DNA of 64,000 nucleotides from the NCBI GenBank assembly GCA_964057225.1, contig OZ059898.1:18228001-18292000 (forward strand). Reading direction: 5' to 3'. The position numbers and the translations under genes were made by a program. Shown here in pieces: positions 1 through 11,883 of the stretch (within the stretch, counting starts at the first letter, position 1; each line of letters starts with the position of its first letter). Origin of the DNA: Auanema rhodensis. Taxonomy: Eukaryota; Animalia; Nematoda. Under the pieces are notes generated by a model. It was not told the origin of the DNA. It saw only the letters and a program-made list of their open reading frames with translations, and did not search any database.

Positions 1-22
1 TTTTCAATGTAGTATAGTGCAT

Positions 23-89
23 TCGATGCGGATTTTTAAGCTGCGTCGATCTGTGTTATCAGATTTGCGCTAGCTTAAAAATGCACCGA
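23..89. other. Long imperfect inverted repeat (67-nt hairpin) present in every full-length monomer
   Basis: Perfect 11-bp arms ATTTTTAAGCT (32-42) / AGCTTAAAAAT (72-82). Inner pairs GCG (43-45) / CGC (68-70) and ATCTG (49-53) / CAGAT (60-64) close a 6-nt loop. Outer arms TCGATGC (23-29) / GCACCGA (83-89) have one mismatch. Confidence 0.9.
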
Positions 90-90
90 G

Positions 91-121
91 ATATCAACTG
101 ATATAAGTTCACACTTATTTC
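91..121. other. Two overlapping short inverted repeats in each monomer
   Basis: ATATCA-ac-TGATAT (91-104) overlaps ATAAGT-tcac-ACTTAT (103-118). The second extends to a 9-bp stem, GATATAAGT/ACTTATATC (100-121), in monomers with A at pos 119. Confidence 0.85.
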
Positions 122-271
122 CTCGATTTTCACCCTGAAGAATTAATTTTTTCGTTGAATAACATTGTCCATCGTCTTTGCCTTGAAAAAAGGAATCTAA
201 AAACATCTACTTTTTGCTAAATTATTTTGAAATTTTCTGAAAAAATTTTTGTCAAAATGTTTTTGGAAGCA

Positions 272-299
272 ATGTTGAGTGTACATGGAAACTCAACAT
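272..299. other. Perfect 9-bp inverted repeat with 10-nt spacer in each monomer
   Basis: ATGTTGAGT-gtacatggaa-ACTCAACAT. Confidence 0.9.
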
Positions 300-585
300 A
301 CACTAATGCATCATTTTTCAAACGATCATAACTAATTTTTGTATAAAGCGTTTCTCAATGTAGTATAGTGCATTCGATGCGGATTTTTAAGCTGCGTCGA
401 TCTGTGTTATCAGATTTGCGCTAGCTTAAAAATGCACCGAGATATCAACTGATATAAGTTCACACTTATTTCCTCGATTTTCACCCTGAAGAATTAATTT
501 TTTCGTTGAATAACATTGTCCATCGTCTTTGCCTTGAAAAAAGGAATCTAAAAACATCTTCTTTTTGCTAAATTATCTTGAAATT

Positions 586-608
586 TTTTGAAAAAATTTT
601 TGTCAAAA
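586..608. other. A/T-tract near-palindrome (monomer pos 235-257, shown in copy 2)
   Basis: TTTTGA-AAAAATTTTT-g-TCAAAA: a perfect 10-bp centre extended by 6 bp with one bulged G. Confidence 0.75.
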
Positions 609-3600
609 TGTTTTTGGAAGCAATGTTGAGTGTACATGGAAACTCAACATACACTAATGCATCATTTTTCAAACGATCATAACTAATTTTTGTATAAAGC
701 GTTTTTCAATGTAGTATAGTGCATTCGATGCGGATTTTTAAGCTGCGTCGATCTGTATTATCAGATTTGCGCTAGCTTAAAAATGCACCGAGATATCAAC
801 TGATATAAGTTCACACTTATATCCTCGATTTTCACCCTGAAGAATTAATTTTTTTGTTGAATAACATTGTCCATCGTCTTTGCCTTGAAAAAAGGAATCT
901 AAAAACATCTACATTTTGCTAAATTATTTTGAAATTTTTTGAAAAAATTTTTGTCAAAATGTTTTTGGAAGCAATGTTGAGTGTACATGGAAACTCAACA
1001 TACACTAATGCATCATTTTTCAAACGATCATAACTAATTTTTGTATAAAGCGTTTTTCAATGTAGTATAGTGCATTCGATGCGGATTTTTAAGCTGCGTC
1101 GATCTGTGTTATCAGATTTGCGCTAGCTTAAAAATGCACCGAGATATCAACTGATATAAGTTCACACTTATTTCCTCGATTTTCACCCTGAAGAATTAAT
1201 TTTTTCGTTGAATAACATTGTCCATCGTCTTTGCCTTGAAAAAAGGAATCTAAAAACATCTACTTTTTGCTAAATTATTTTGAAATTTTCTGAAAAAATT
1301 TTTGTCAAAATGTTTTTGGAAGCAATGTTGAGTGTACATGGAAACTCAACATACACTAATGCATCATTTTTCAAACGATCATAACTAATTTTTGTATAAA
1401 GCGTTTCTCAATGTAGTATAGTGCATTCGATGCGGATTTTTAAGCTGCGTCGATCTGTGTTATCAGATTTGCGCTAGCTTAAAAATGCACCGAGATATCA
1501 ACTGATATAAGTTCACACTTATTTCCTCGATTTTCACCCTGAAGAATTAATTTTTTCGTTGAATAACATTGTCCATCGTCTTTGCCTTGAAAAAAGGAAT
1601 CTAAAAACATCTTCTTTTTGCTAAATTATCTTGAACTTTTTTGAAAAAATTTTTGTCAAAATGTTTTTGGAAGCAATGTTGAGTGTACATGGAAACTCAA
1701 CATACACTAATGCATCATTTTTCAAACGATCATAACTAATTTTTGTATAAAGCGTTTTTCAATGTAGTATAGTGCATTCGATGCGGATTTTTAAGCTGCG
1801 TCGATCTGTATTATCAGATTTGCGCTAGCTTAAAAATGCACCGAGATATCAACTGATATAAGTTCACACTTATATCCTCGATTTTCACCCTGAAGAATTA
1901 ATTTTTTTGTTGAATAACATTGTCCATCGTCTTTGCCTTGAAAAAAGGAATCTAAAAACATCTACATTTTGCTAAATTATTTTGAAATTTTTTGAAAAAA
2001 TTTTTGTCAAAATGTTTTTGGAAGCAATGTTGAGTGTACATGGAAACTCAACATACACTAATGCATCATTTTTCAAACGATCATAACTAATTTTTGTATA
2101 AAGCGTTTCTCAATGTAGTATAGTGCATTTGATGCGGATTTTTAAGCTGCGTCGATCTGTGTTATCAGAGTTGCGCTAGCTTAAAAATGCACCGAGATAT
2201 CAACTGATATAAGTTCACACTTATATCCTCGATTTTCACCCTGAAGAATTAATTTTTTCGTTGAAAAACATTTTCCATCGTGTTTGCCTTGAAAAAAGGA
2301 ATCTAAAAACATCTACTTTTTGCTAAATTATTTTGAAATTTTTCGAAAAAATTTTTGTCAAAATGTTTTTGGAAGCAATGTTGAGTGTACATGGAAACTC
2401 AACATACACTAATGCATCATTTTTCAAACGATCATAACTAATTTTTGTATTAAGCGTTTCTCAATGTAGTATAGTGCATTCGATGCGGATTTTTAAGCTG
2501 CGTCGATCTGTGTTATCAGATTTGCGCTAGCTCAAAAATGCACCGAGATATCAACTGATATAAGTTCACACTTATTTCCTCGATTTTCACCCTGAAGAAT
2601 TAATTTTTTCGTTGAATAACATTGTCCATCGTCTTTGCCTTGAAAAAAGGAATCTAAAAACATCTTCTTTTTGCTAAATTATCTTGAAATTTTTTGAAAA
2701 AATTTTTGTCAAAATGTTTTTGGAAGCAATGTTGAGTGTACATGGAAACTCAACATACACTAATGCATCATTTTTCAAACGATCATAACTAATTTTTGTA
2801 TAAAGCGTTTCTCAATGTAGTATAGTGCATTCGATGCGGATTTTTAAGCTGCGTCGATCTGTATTATCAGATTTGCGCTAGCTTAAAAATGCACCGAGAT
2901 ATCAACTGATATAAGTTCACACTTATATCCTCGATTTTCACCCTGAAGAATTAATTTTTTTGTTGAATAACATTGTCCATCGTCTTTGCCTTGAAAAAAG
3001 GAATCTAAAAACATCTACATTTTGCTAAATTATTTTGAAATTTTTTGAAAAAATTTTTGTCAAAATGTTTTTGGAAGCAATGTTGAGTGTACATGGAAAC
3101 TCAACATACACTAATGCATCATTTTTCAAACGATCATAACTAATTTTTGTATAAAGCGTTTTTCAATGTAGTTTAGTGCATTCGATGCGGATTTTTAAGC
3201 TGCGTCGATCTGTGTTATCAGATTTGCGCTAGCTTAAAAATGCACCGAGATATCAACTGATATAAGTTCACACTTATATCCTCGATTTTCACCCTGAAGA
3301 ATTAATTTTTTTGTTGAATAACATTGTCCATCGTCTTTGCCTTGAAAAAAGGAATCTAAAAACATCTACTTTTTGCTAAATTATTTTGAAATTTTTTGAA
3401 AAAATTTTTGTCAAAATGTTTTTGGAAGCAATGTTGAGTGTACATGGAAACTCAACATACACTAATGCATCATTTTTCAAACGATCATAACTAATTTTTG
3501 TATAAAGCGTTTTTCAATGTAGTATAGTGCATTTGATGCGGATTTTTAAGCTGCGTCGATCTGTGTTATCAGATTTGCGCTAGCTTAAAAATGCACCGAG

Positions 3601-5616
3601 ATATCAACTGATATAAGTTCACACTTATATCCTCGATTTTCACCCTGAAGAATTAATTTTTTCGTTGAAAAACATTGTCCATCGTGTTTGCCTTGAAAAA
3701 AGAAATCTAAAAACATCTACTTTTTGCTAAATTATTTTGAAATTTTTCGAAAAAATTTTTGTCAAAATGTTTTTGGAAGCAATGTTGAGTGTACATGGAA
3801 ACTCAACATACACTAATGCATCATTTTTCAAACGATCATAACTAATTTTTGTATTAAGCGTTTCTCAATGTAGTATAGTGCATTCGATGCGGATTTTTAA
3901 GCTGCGTCGATCTGTGTTATCAGATTTGCGCTAGCTCAAAAATGCACCGAGATATCAACTGATATAAGTTCACACTTATTTCCTCGATTTTCACCCTGAA
4001 GAATTAATTTTTTCGTTGAATAACATTGTCCATCGTCTTTGCCTTGAAAAAAGGAATCTAAAAACATCTTCTTTTTGCTAAATTATCTTGAAATTTTTTG
4101 AAAAAATTTTTGTCAAAATGTTTTTGGAAGCAATGTTGAGTGTACATGGAAACTCAACATACACTAATGCATCATTTTTCAAACGATCATAACTAATTTT
4201 TGTATAGAGCGTTTTTCAATGTAGTATAGTGCATTCGATGCGGATTTTTAAGCTGCGTCGATCTGTGTTATCAGATTTGCGCTAGCTTAAAAATGCACCG
4301 AGATATCAACTGATATAAGTTCACACTTATTTCCTCGATTTTCACCCTGAAGAATTAATTTTTTCGTTGAATAACATTGTCCATCGTCTTTGCCTTGAAA
4401 AAAGGAATCTGAAAACATCTACTTTTTGCTAAATTATTTTGAAATTTTTTGAAAAAATTTTTGTCAAAATGTTTTTGGAAGCAATGTTGAGTGTACATGG
4501 AAACTCAACATACACTAATGCATCATTTTTCAAACGATCATAACTAATTTTTGTATAAAGCGTTTCTCAATGTAGTATAGTGCATTCGATGCGGATTTTT
4601 AAGCTGCGTCGATCTGTATTATCAGATTTGCGCTAGCTTAAAAATGCACCGAGATATCAACTGATATAAGTTCACACTTATATCCTCGATTTTCACCCTG
4701 AAGAATTAATTTTTTTGTTGAATAACATTGTCCATCGTCTTTGCCTTGAAAAAAGGAATCTAAAAACATCTACATTTTGCTAAATTATTTTGAAATTTTT
4801 TGAAAAAATTTTTGTCAAAATGTTTTTGGAAGCAATGTTGAGTGTACATGGAAACTCAACATACACTAATGCATCATTTTTCAAACGATCATAACTAATT
4901 TTTGTATAAAGCGTTTCTTAATGTAGTATAGTGCATTCGATGCGGATTTTTAAGCTGCGTCGATCTGTGTTATCAGAGTTGCGCTAGCTTAAAAATGCAC
5001 CGAGATATCAACTGATATAAGTTCACACTTATATCCTCGATTTTCACCCTGAAGAATTAATTTTTTCGTTGAAAAACATTTTCCATCGTGTTTGCCTTGA
5101 AAAAAGGAATCTAAAAACATCTACTTTTTGCTAAATTATTTTGAAATTTTTCGAAAAAATTTTTGTCAAAATGTTTTTGGAAGCAATGTTGAGTGTACAT
5201 GGAAACTCAACATACACTAATGCATCATTTTTCAAACGATCATAACTAATTTTTGTATTAAGCGTTTCTCAATGTAGTATAGTGCATTCGATGCGGATTT
5301 TTAAGCTGCGTCGATCTGTGTTATCAGATTTGCGCTAGCTTAAAAATGCACCGAGATATCAACTGATATAAGTTCACACTTATTTCCTCGATTTTCACCC
5401 TGAAGAATTAATTTTTTCGTTGAATAACATTGTCCATCGTCTTTGCCTTGAAAAAAGGAATCTAAAAACATCTACTTTTTGCTAAATTATTTTGAAATTT
5501 TTTGAAAAAATTTTTGTCAAAATGTTTTTGGAAGCAATGTTGAGTGTACATGGAAACTCAACATACACTAATGCATCATTTTTCAAACGATCATAACTAA
5601 TTTTTGTATTAAGCGT

Positions 5617-5833
5617 TTCTCAATGTAATTTTTTCGTTGAATAACATTGTCCATCGTCTTTGCCTTGAAAAAAGGAATCTAAAAACATCTACTTTTTGCT
5701 AAATTATTTTGAAATTTTTTGAAAAAATTTTTGTCAAAATGTTTTTGGAAGCAATGTTGAGTGTACATGGAAACTCAACATACACTAATGCATCATTTTT
5801 CAAACGATCATAACTAATTTTTGTATTAAGCGT
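5617..5833. repeat. 217-bp truncated monomer (134-bp internal deletion), copy 1
   Basis: Junction CAATGTA|ATTTTTTCG at 5621-5636 joins pos 11 to pos 146. The next monomer's CAA is at 5838, 217 bp later. Confidence 0.97.
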
Positions 5834-7237
5834 TTCTCAAAGTAGTATAGTGCATTCGATGCGGATTTTTAAGCTGCGTCGATCTGTGTTATCAGATTTG
5901 CGCTAGCTTAAAAATGCACCGAGATATCAACTGATATAAGTTCACACTTATATCCTCGATTTTCACCCTGAAGAATTAATTTTTTTGTTGAATAACATTG
6001 TCCATCGTCTTTGCCTTGAAAAAAGGAATCTAAAAACATCTACTTTTTGCTAAATTATTTTGAAATTTTTTGAAAAAATTTTTGTCAAAATGTTTTTGGA
6101 AGCAATGTTGAGTGTACATGGAAACTCAACATACACTAATGCATCATTTTTCAAACGATCATAACTAATTTTTGTATAGAGCGTTTTTCAATGTAGTATA
6201 GTGCATTCGATGCGGATTTTTAAGCTGCGTCGATCTGTGTTATCAGATTTGCGCTAGCTTAAAAATGCACCGAGATATCAACTGATATAAGTTCATACTT
6301 ATTTCCTCGATTTTCACCCTGAAGAATTAATTTTTTCGTTGAATAACATTGTCCATCGTCTTTGCCTTGAAAAAAGGAATCTGAAAACATCTACTTTTTG
6401 CTAAATTATTTTGAAATTTTTTGAAAAAATTTTTGTCAAAATGTTTTTGGAAGCAATGTTGAGTGTACATGGAAACTCAACATACACTAATGCATCATTT
6501 TTCAAACGATCATAACTAATTTTTGTATAAAGCGTTTCTCAATGTAGTATAGTGCATTCGATGCGGATTTTTAAGCTGCGTCGATCTGTATTATCAGATT
6601 TGCGCTAGCTTAAAAATGCACCGAGATATCAACTGATATAAGTTCACACTTATATCCTCGATTTTCACCCTGAAGAATTAATTTTTTTGTTGAATAACAT
6701 TGTCCATCGTCTTTGCCTTGAAAAAAGGAATCTAAAAACATCTACATTTTGCTAAATTATTTTGAAATTTTTTGAAAAAATTTTTGTCAAAATGTTTTTG
6801 GAAGCAATGTTGAGTGTACATGGAAACTCAACATACACTAATGCATCATTTTTCAAACGATCATAACTAATTTTTGTATAAAGCGTTTCTTAATGTAGTA
6901 TAGTGCATTCGATGCGGATTTTTAAGCTGCGTCGATCTGTGTTATCAGAGTTGCGCTAGCTTAAAAATGCACCGAGATATCAACTGATATAAGTTCACAC
7001 TTATATCCTCGATTTTCACCCTGAAGAATTAATTTTTTCGTTGAAAAACATTTTCCATCGTGTTTGCCTTGAAAAAAGGAATCTAAAAACATCTACTTTT
7101 TGCTAAATTATTTTGAAATTTTTTGAAAAAATTTTTGTCAAAATGTTTTTGGAAGCAATGTTGAGTGTACATGGAAACTCAACATACACTAATGCATCAT
7201 TTTTCAAACGATCATAACTAATTTTTGTATTAAGCGT

Positions 7238-7454
7238 TTCTCAATGTAATTTTTTCGTTGAATAACATTGTCCATCGTCTTTGCCTTGAAAAAAGGAATC
7301 TAAAAACATCTACTTTTTGCTAAATTATTTTGAAATTTTTTGAAAAAATTTTTGTCAAAATGTTTTTGGAAGCAATGTTGAGTGTACATGGAAACTCAAC
7401 ATACACTAATGCATCATTTTTCAAACGATCATAACTAATTTTTGTATTAAGCGT
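7238..7454. repeat. 217-bp truncated monomer, copy 2
   Basis: Identical junction starting at 7242; next CAA at 7459. Confidence 0.97.
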
Positions 7455-8156
7455 TTCTCAAAGTAGTATAGTGCATTCGATGCGGATTTTTAAGCTGCGT
7501 CGATCTGTGTTATCAGATTTGCGCTAGCTTAAAAATGCACCGAGATATCAACTGATATAAGTTCACACTTATATCCTCGATTTTCACCCTGAAGAATTAA
7601 TTTTTTTGTTGAATAACATTGTCCATCGTCTTTGCCTTGAAAAAAGGAATCTAAAAACATCTACTTTTTGCTAAATTATTTTGAAATTTTTTGAAAAAAT
7701 TTTTGTCAAAATGTTTTTGGAAGCAATGTTGAGTGTACATGGAAACTCAACATACACTAATGCATCATTTTTCAAACGATCATAACTAATTTTTGTATAG
7801 AGCGTTTCTCAATGTAGTATAGTGCATTCGATGCGGATTTTTAAGCTGCGTCGATCTGTGTTATCAGATTTGCGCTAGCTTAAAAATGCACCGAGATATC
7901 AACTGATATAAGTTCACACTTATTTCCTCGATTTTCACCCTGAAGAATTAATTTTTTCGTTGAATAACATTGTCCATCGTCTTTGCCTTGAAAAAAGGAA
8001 TCTAAAAACATCTTCTTTTTGCTAAATTATTTTGAAATTTTTTGAAAAAATTTTTGTCAAAATGTTTTTGGAAGCAATGTTGAGTGTACATGGAAACTCA
8101 ACATACACTAATGCATCATTTTTCAAACGATCATAACTAATTTTTGTATTAAGCGT

Positions 8157-8373
8157 TTCTCAATGTAATTTTTTCGTTGAATAACATTGTCCATCGTCTT
8201 TGCCTTGAAAAAAGGAATCTAAAAACATCTACTTTTTGCTAAATTATTTTGAAATTTTTTGAAAAAATTTTTGTCAAAATGTTTTTGGAAGCAATGTTGA
8301 GTGTACATGGAAACTCAACATACACTAATGCATCATTTTTCAAACGATCATAACTAATTTTTGTATTAAGCGT
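8157..8373. repeat. 217-bp truncated monomer, copy 3
   Basis: Identical junction starting at 8161; next CAA at 8378. Confidence 0.97.
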
Positions 8374-11300
8374 TTCTCAAAGTAGTATAGTGCATTCGAT
8401 GCGGATTTTTAAGCTGCGTCGATCTGTGTTATCAGATTTGCGCTAGCTTAAAAATGCACCGAGATATCAACTGATATAAGTTCACACTTATATCCTCGAT
8501 TTTCACCCTGAAGAATTAATTTTTTTGTTGAATAACATTGTCCATCGTCTTTGCCTTGAAAAAAGGAATCTAAAAACATCTACTTTTTGCTAAATTATTT
8601 TGAAATTTTTTGAAAAAATTTTTGTCAAAATGTTTTTGGAAGCAATGTTGAGTGTACATGGAAACTCAACATACACTAATGCATCATTTTTCAAACGATC
8701 ATAACTAATTTTTGTATAAAGCGTTTCTCAATGTAGTATAGTGCATTCGATGCGGATTTTTAAGCTGCGTCGATCTGTGTTATCAGATTTGCGCTAGCTT
8801 AAAAATGCACCGAGATATCAACTGATATAAGTTCACACTTATTTCCTCGATTTTCACCCTGAAGAATTAATTTTTTCGTTGAATAACATTGTCCATCGTC
8901 TTTGCCTTGAAAAAAGGAATCTAAAAACATCTTCTTTTTGCTAAATTATTTTGAAATTTTTTGAAAAAATTTTTGTCAAAATGTTTTTGGAAGCAATGTT
9001 GAGTGTACATGGAAACTCAACATACACTAATGCATCATTTTTCAAACGATCATAACTAATTTTTGTATAAAGCGTTTCTCAATGTAGTATAGTGCATTCG
9101 ATGCGGATTTTTAAGCTGCGTCGATCTGTATTATCAGATTTGCGCTAGCTTAAAAATGCACCGAGATATCAACTGATATAAGTTCACACTTATATCCTCG
9201 ATTTTCACCCTGAAGAATTAATTTTTTTGTTGAATAACATTGTCCATCGTCTTTGCCTTGAAAAAAGGAATCTAAAAACATCTACATTTTGCTAAATTAT
9301 TTTGAAATTTTTTGAAAAAATTTTTGTCAAAATGTTTTTGGAAGCAATGTTGAGTGTACATGGAAACTCAACATACACTAATGCATCATTTTTCAAACGA
9401 TCATAACTAATTTTTGTATAAAGCGTTTCTCAATGTAGTATAGTGCATTCGATGCGGATTTTTAAGCTGCGTCGATCTGTGTTATCAGAGTTGCGCTAGC
9501 TTAAAAATGCACCGAGATATCAACTGATATAAGTTCACACTTATATCCTCGATTTTCACCCTGAAGAATTAATTTTTTCGTTGAAAAACATTTTCCATCG
9601 TGTTTGCCTTGAAAAAAGGAATCTAAAAACATCTACTTTTTGCTAAATTATTTTGAAATTTTTCGAAAAAATTTTTGTCAAAATGTTTTTGGAAGCAATG
9701 TTGAGTGTACATGGAAACTCAACATACACTAATGCATCATTTTTCAAACGATCATAACTAATTTTTGTATTAAGCGTTTCTCAATGTAGTATAGTGCATT
9801 CGATGCGGATTTTTAAGCTGCGTCGATCTGTGTTATCAGATTTGCGCTAGCTTAAAAATGCACCGAGATATCAACTGATATAAGTTCACACTTATTTCCT
9901 CGATTTTCACCCTGAAGAATTAATTTTTTCGTTGAATAACATTGTCCATCGTCTTTGCCTTGAAAAAAGGAATCTAAAAACATCTACTTTTTGCTAAATT
10001 ATTTTGAAATTTTTCGAAAAAATTTTTGTCAAAATGTTTTTGGAAGCAATGTTGAGTGTACATGGAAACTCAACATACACTAATGCATCATTTTTCAAAC
10101 GATCATAACTAATTTTTGTATTAAGCGTTTCTCAATGTAGTATAGTGCATTCGATGCGGATTTTTAAGCTGCGTCGATCTGTGTTATCAGATTTGCGCTA
10201 GCTTAAAAATGCACCGAGATATCAACTGATATAAGTTCACACTTATTTCCTCGATTTTCACCCTGAAGAATTAATTTTTTCGTTGAATAACATTGTCCAT
10301 CGTCTTTGCCTTGAAAAAAGGAATCTAAAAACATCTACTTTTTGCTAAATTATTTTGAAATTTTTTGAAAAAATTTTTGTCAAAATGTTTTTGGAAGCAA
10401 TGTTGAGTGTACATGGAAACTCAACATACACTAATGCATCATTTTTCAAACGATCATAACTAATTTTTGTATTAAGCGTTTCTCAATGTAGTATAGTGCA
10501 TTCGATGCGGATTTTTAAGCTGCGTCGATCTGTGTTATCAGATTTGCGCTAGCTTAAAAATGCACCGAGATATCAACTGATATAAGTTCACACTTATATC
10601 CTCGATTTTCACCCTGAAGAATTAATTTTTTCGTTGAATAACATTGTCCATCGTCTTTGCCTTGAAAAAAGGAATCTAAAAACATCTACTTTTTGCTAAA
10701 TTATTTTGAAATTTTTTGAAAAAATTTTTGTCAAAATGTTTTTGGAAGCAATGTTGAGTGTACATGGAAACTCAACATACACTAATGCATCATTTTTCAA
10801 ACGATCATAACTAATTTTTGTATTAAGCGTTTTTCAAAGTAGTATAGTGCATTCGATGCGGATTTTTAAGCTGCGTCGATCTGTGTTATCAGATTTGCGC
10901 TAGCTTAAAAATGCACCGAGATATCAACTGATATAAGTTCACACTTATATCCTCGATTTTCACCCTGAAGAATTAATTTTTTTGTTGAATAACATTGTCC
11001 ATCGTCTTTGCCTTGAAAAAAGGAATCTAAAAACATCTACTTTTTGCTAAATTATTTTGAAATTTTTTGAAAAAATTTTTGTCAAAATGTTTTCGGAAGC
11101 AATGTTGAGTGTACATGGAAACTCAACATACACTAATGCATCATTTTTCAAACGATCATAACTAATTTTTGTATAAAGCGTTTCTCAATGTAGTATAGTG
11201 CATTCGATGCGGATTTTTAAGCTGCGTCGATCTGTATTATCAGATTTGCGCTAGCTTAAAAATGCACCGAGATATCAACTGATATAAGTTCACACTTATA

Positions 11301-11883
11301 TCCTCGATTTTCACCCTGAAGAATTAATTTTTTTGTTGAATAACATTGTCCATCGTCTTTGCCTTGAAAAAAGGAATCTAAAAACATCTACATTTTGCTA
11401 AATTATTTTGAAATTTTTTGAAAAAATTTTTGTCAAAATGTTTTTGGAAGCAATGTTGAGTGTACATGGAAACTCAACATACACTAATGCATCATTTTTC
11501 AAACGATCATAACTAATTTTTGTATAAAGCGTTTCTCAATGTAGTATAGTGCATTCGATGCGGATTTTTAAGCTGCGTCGATCTGTATTATCAGATTTGC
11601 GCTAGCTTAAAAATGCACCGAGATATCAACTGATATAAGTTCACACTTATATCCTCGATTTTCACCCTGAAGAATTAATTTTTTTGTTGAATAACATTGT
11701 CCATCGTCTTTGCCTTGAAAAAAGGAATCTAAAAACATCTACATTTTGCTAAATTATTTTGAAATTTTTTGAAAAAATTTTTGTCAAAATGTTTTTGGAA
11801 GCAATGTTGAGTGTACATGGAAACTCAACATACACTAATGCATCATTTTTCAAACGATCATAACTAATTTTTGTATAAAGCGT

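Larger units (their letters stand above)
1..351. repeat. Reference monomer (351 bp, about 31% GC, many A/T tracts of 4-6 nt)
   Basis: Hand count of the consensus gives about 56 C and 53 G. Pos 1-100 is about 40% GC and pos 201-300 about 24% GC. Recurrent biallelic sites lie at pos 3, 8, 55, 119, 153, 160, 167, 176, 209, 211, 238 and 345. Confidence 0.97.
1..2106. repeat. Tandem duplication of a 3-monomer unit (1053 bp)
   Basis: Rare markers C at 237 and 1290, and C at 577 and 1630, are each 1053 bp apart, and the haplotype order repeats. Confidence 0.88.

Noticed and set aside
32-82. Intrinsic terminator or bacterial regulatory hairpin
   Set aside because: There is no adjacent gene, the T run is part of the stem, and the context is satellite DNA.
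1-351. Tandem 5S rRNA, tRNA, snRNA or spliced-leader gene array
   Set aside because: I see no recognisable 5S or tRNA sequence, cloverleaf or known SL exon, and frequent T runs on both strands would terminate Pol III. An Rfam/Infernal scan would be decisive.
1-351. Assignment to a named satellite (e.g. Drosophila 1.688 family 353/356/359 bp, or ~350-360 bp beetle satellites)
   Set aside because: Only length and AT content are similar. I do not recognise the sequence, so a BLAST or Dfam search is needed.
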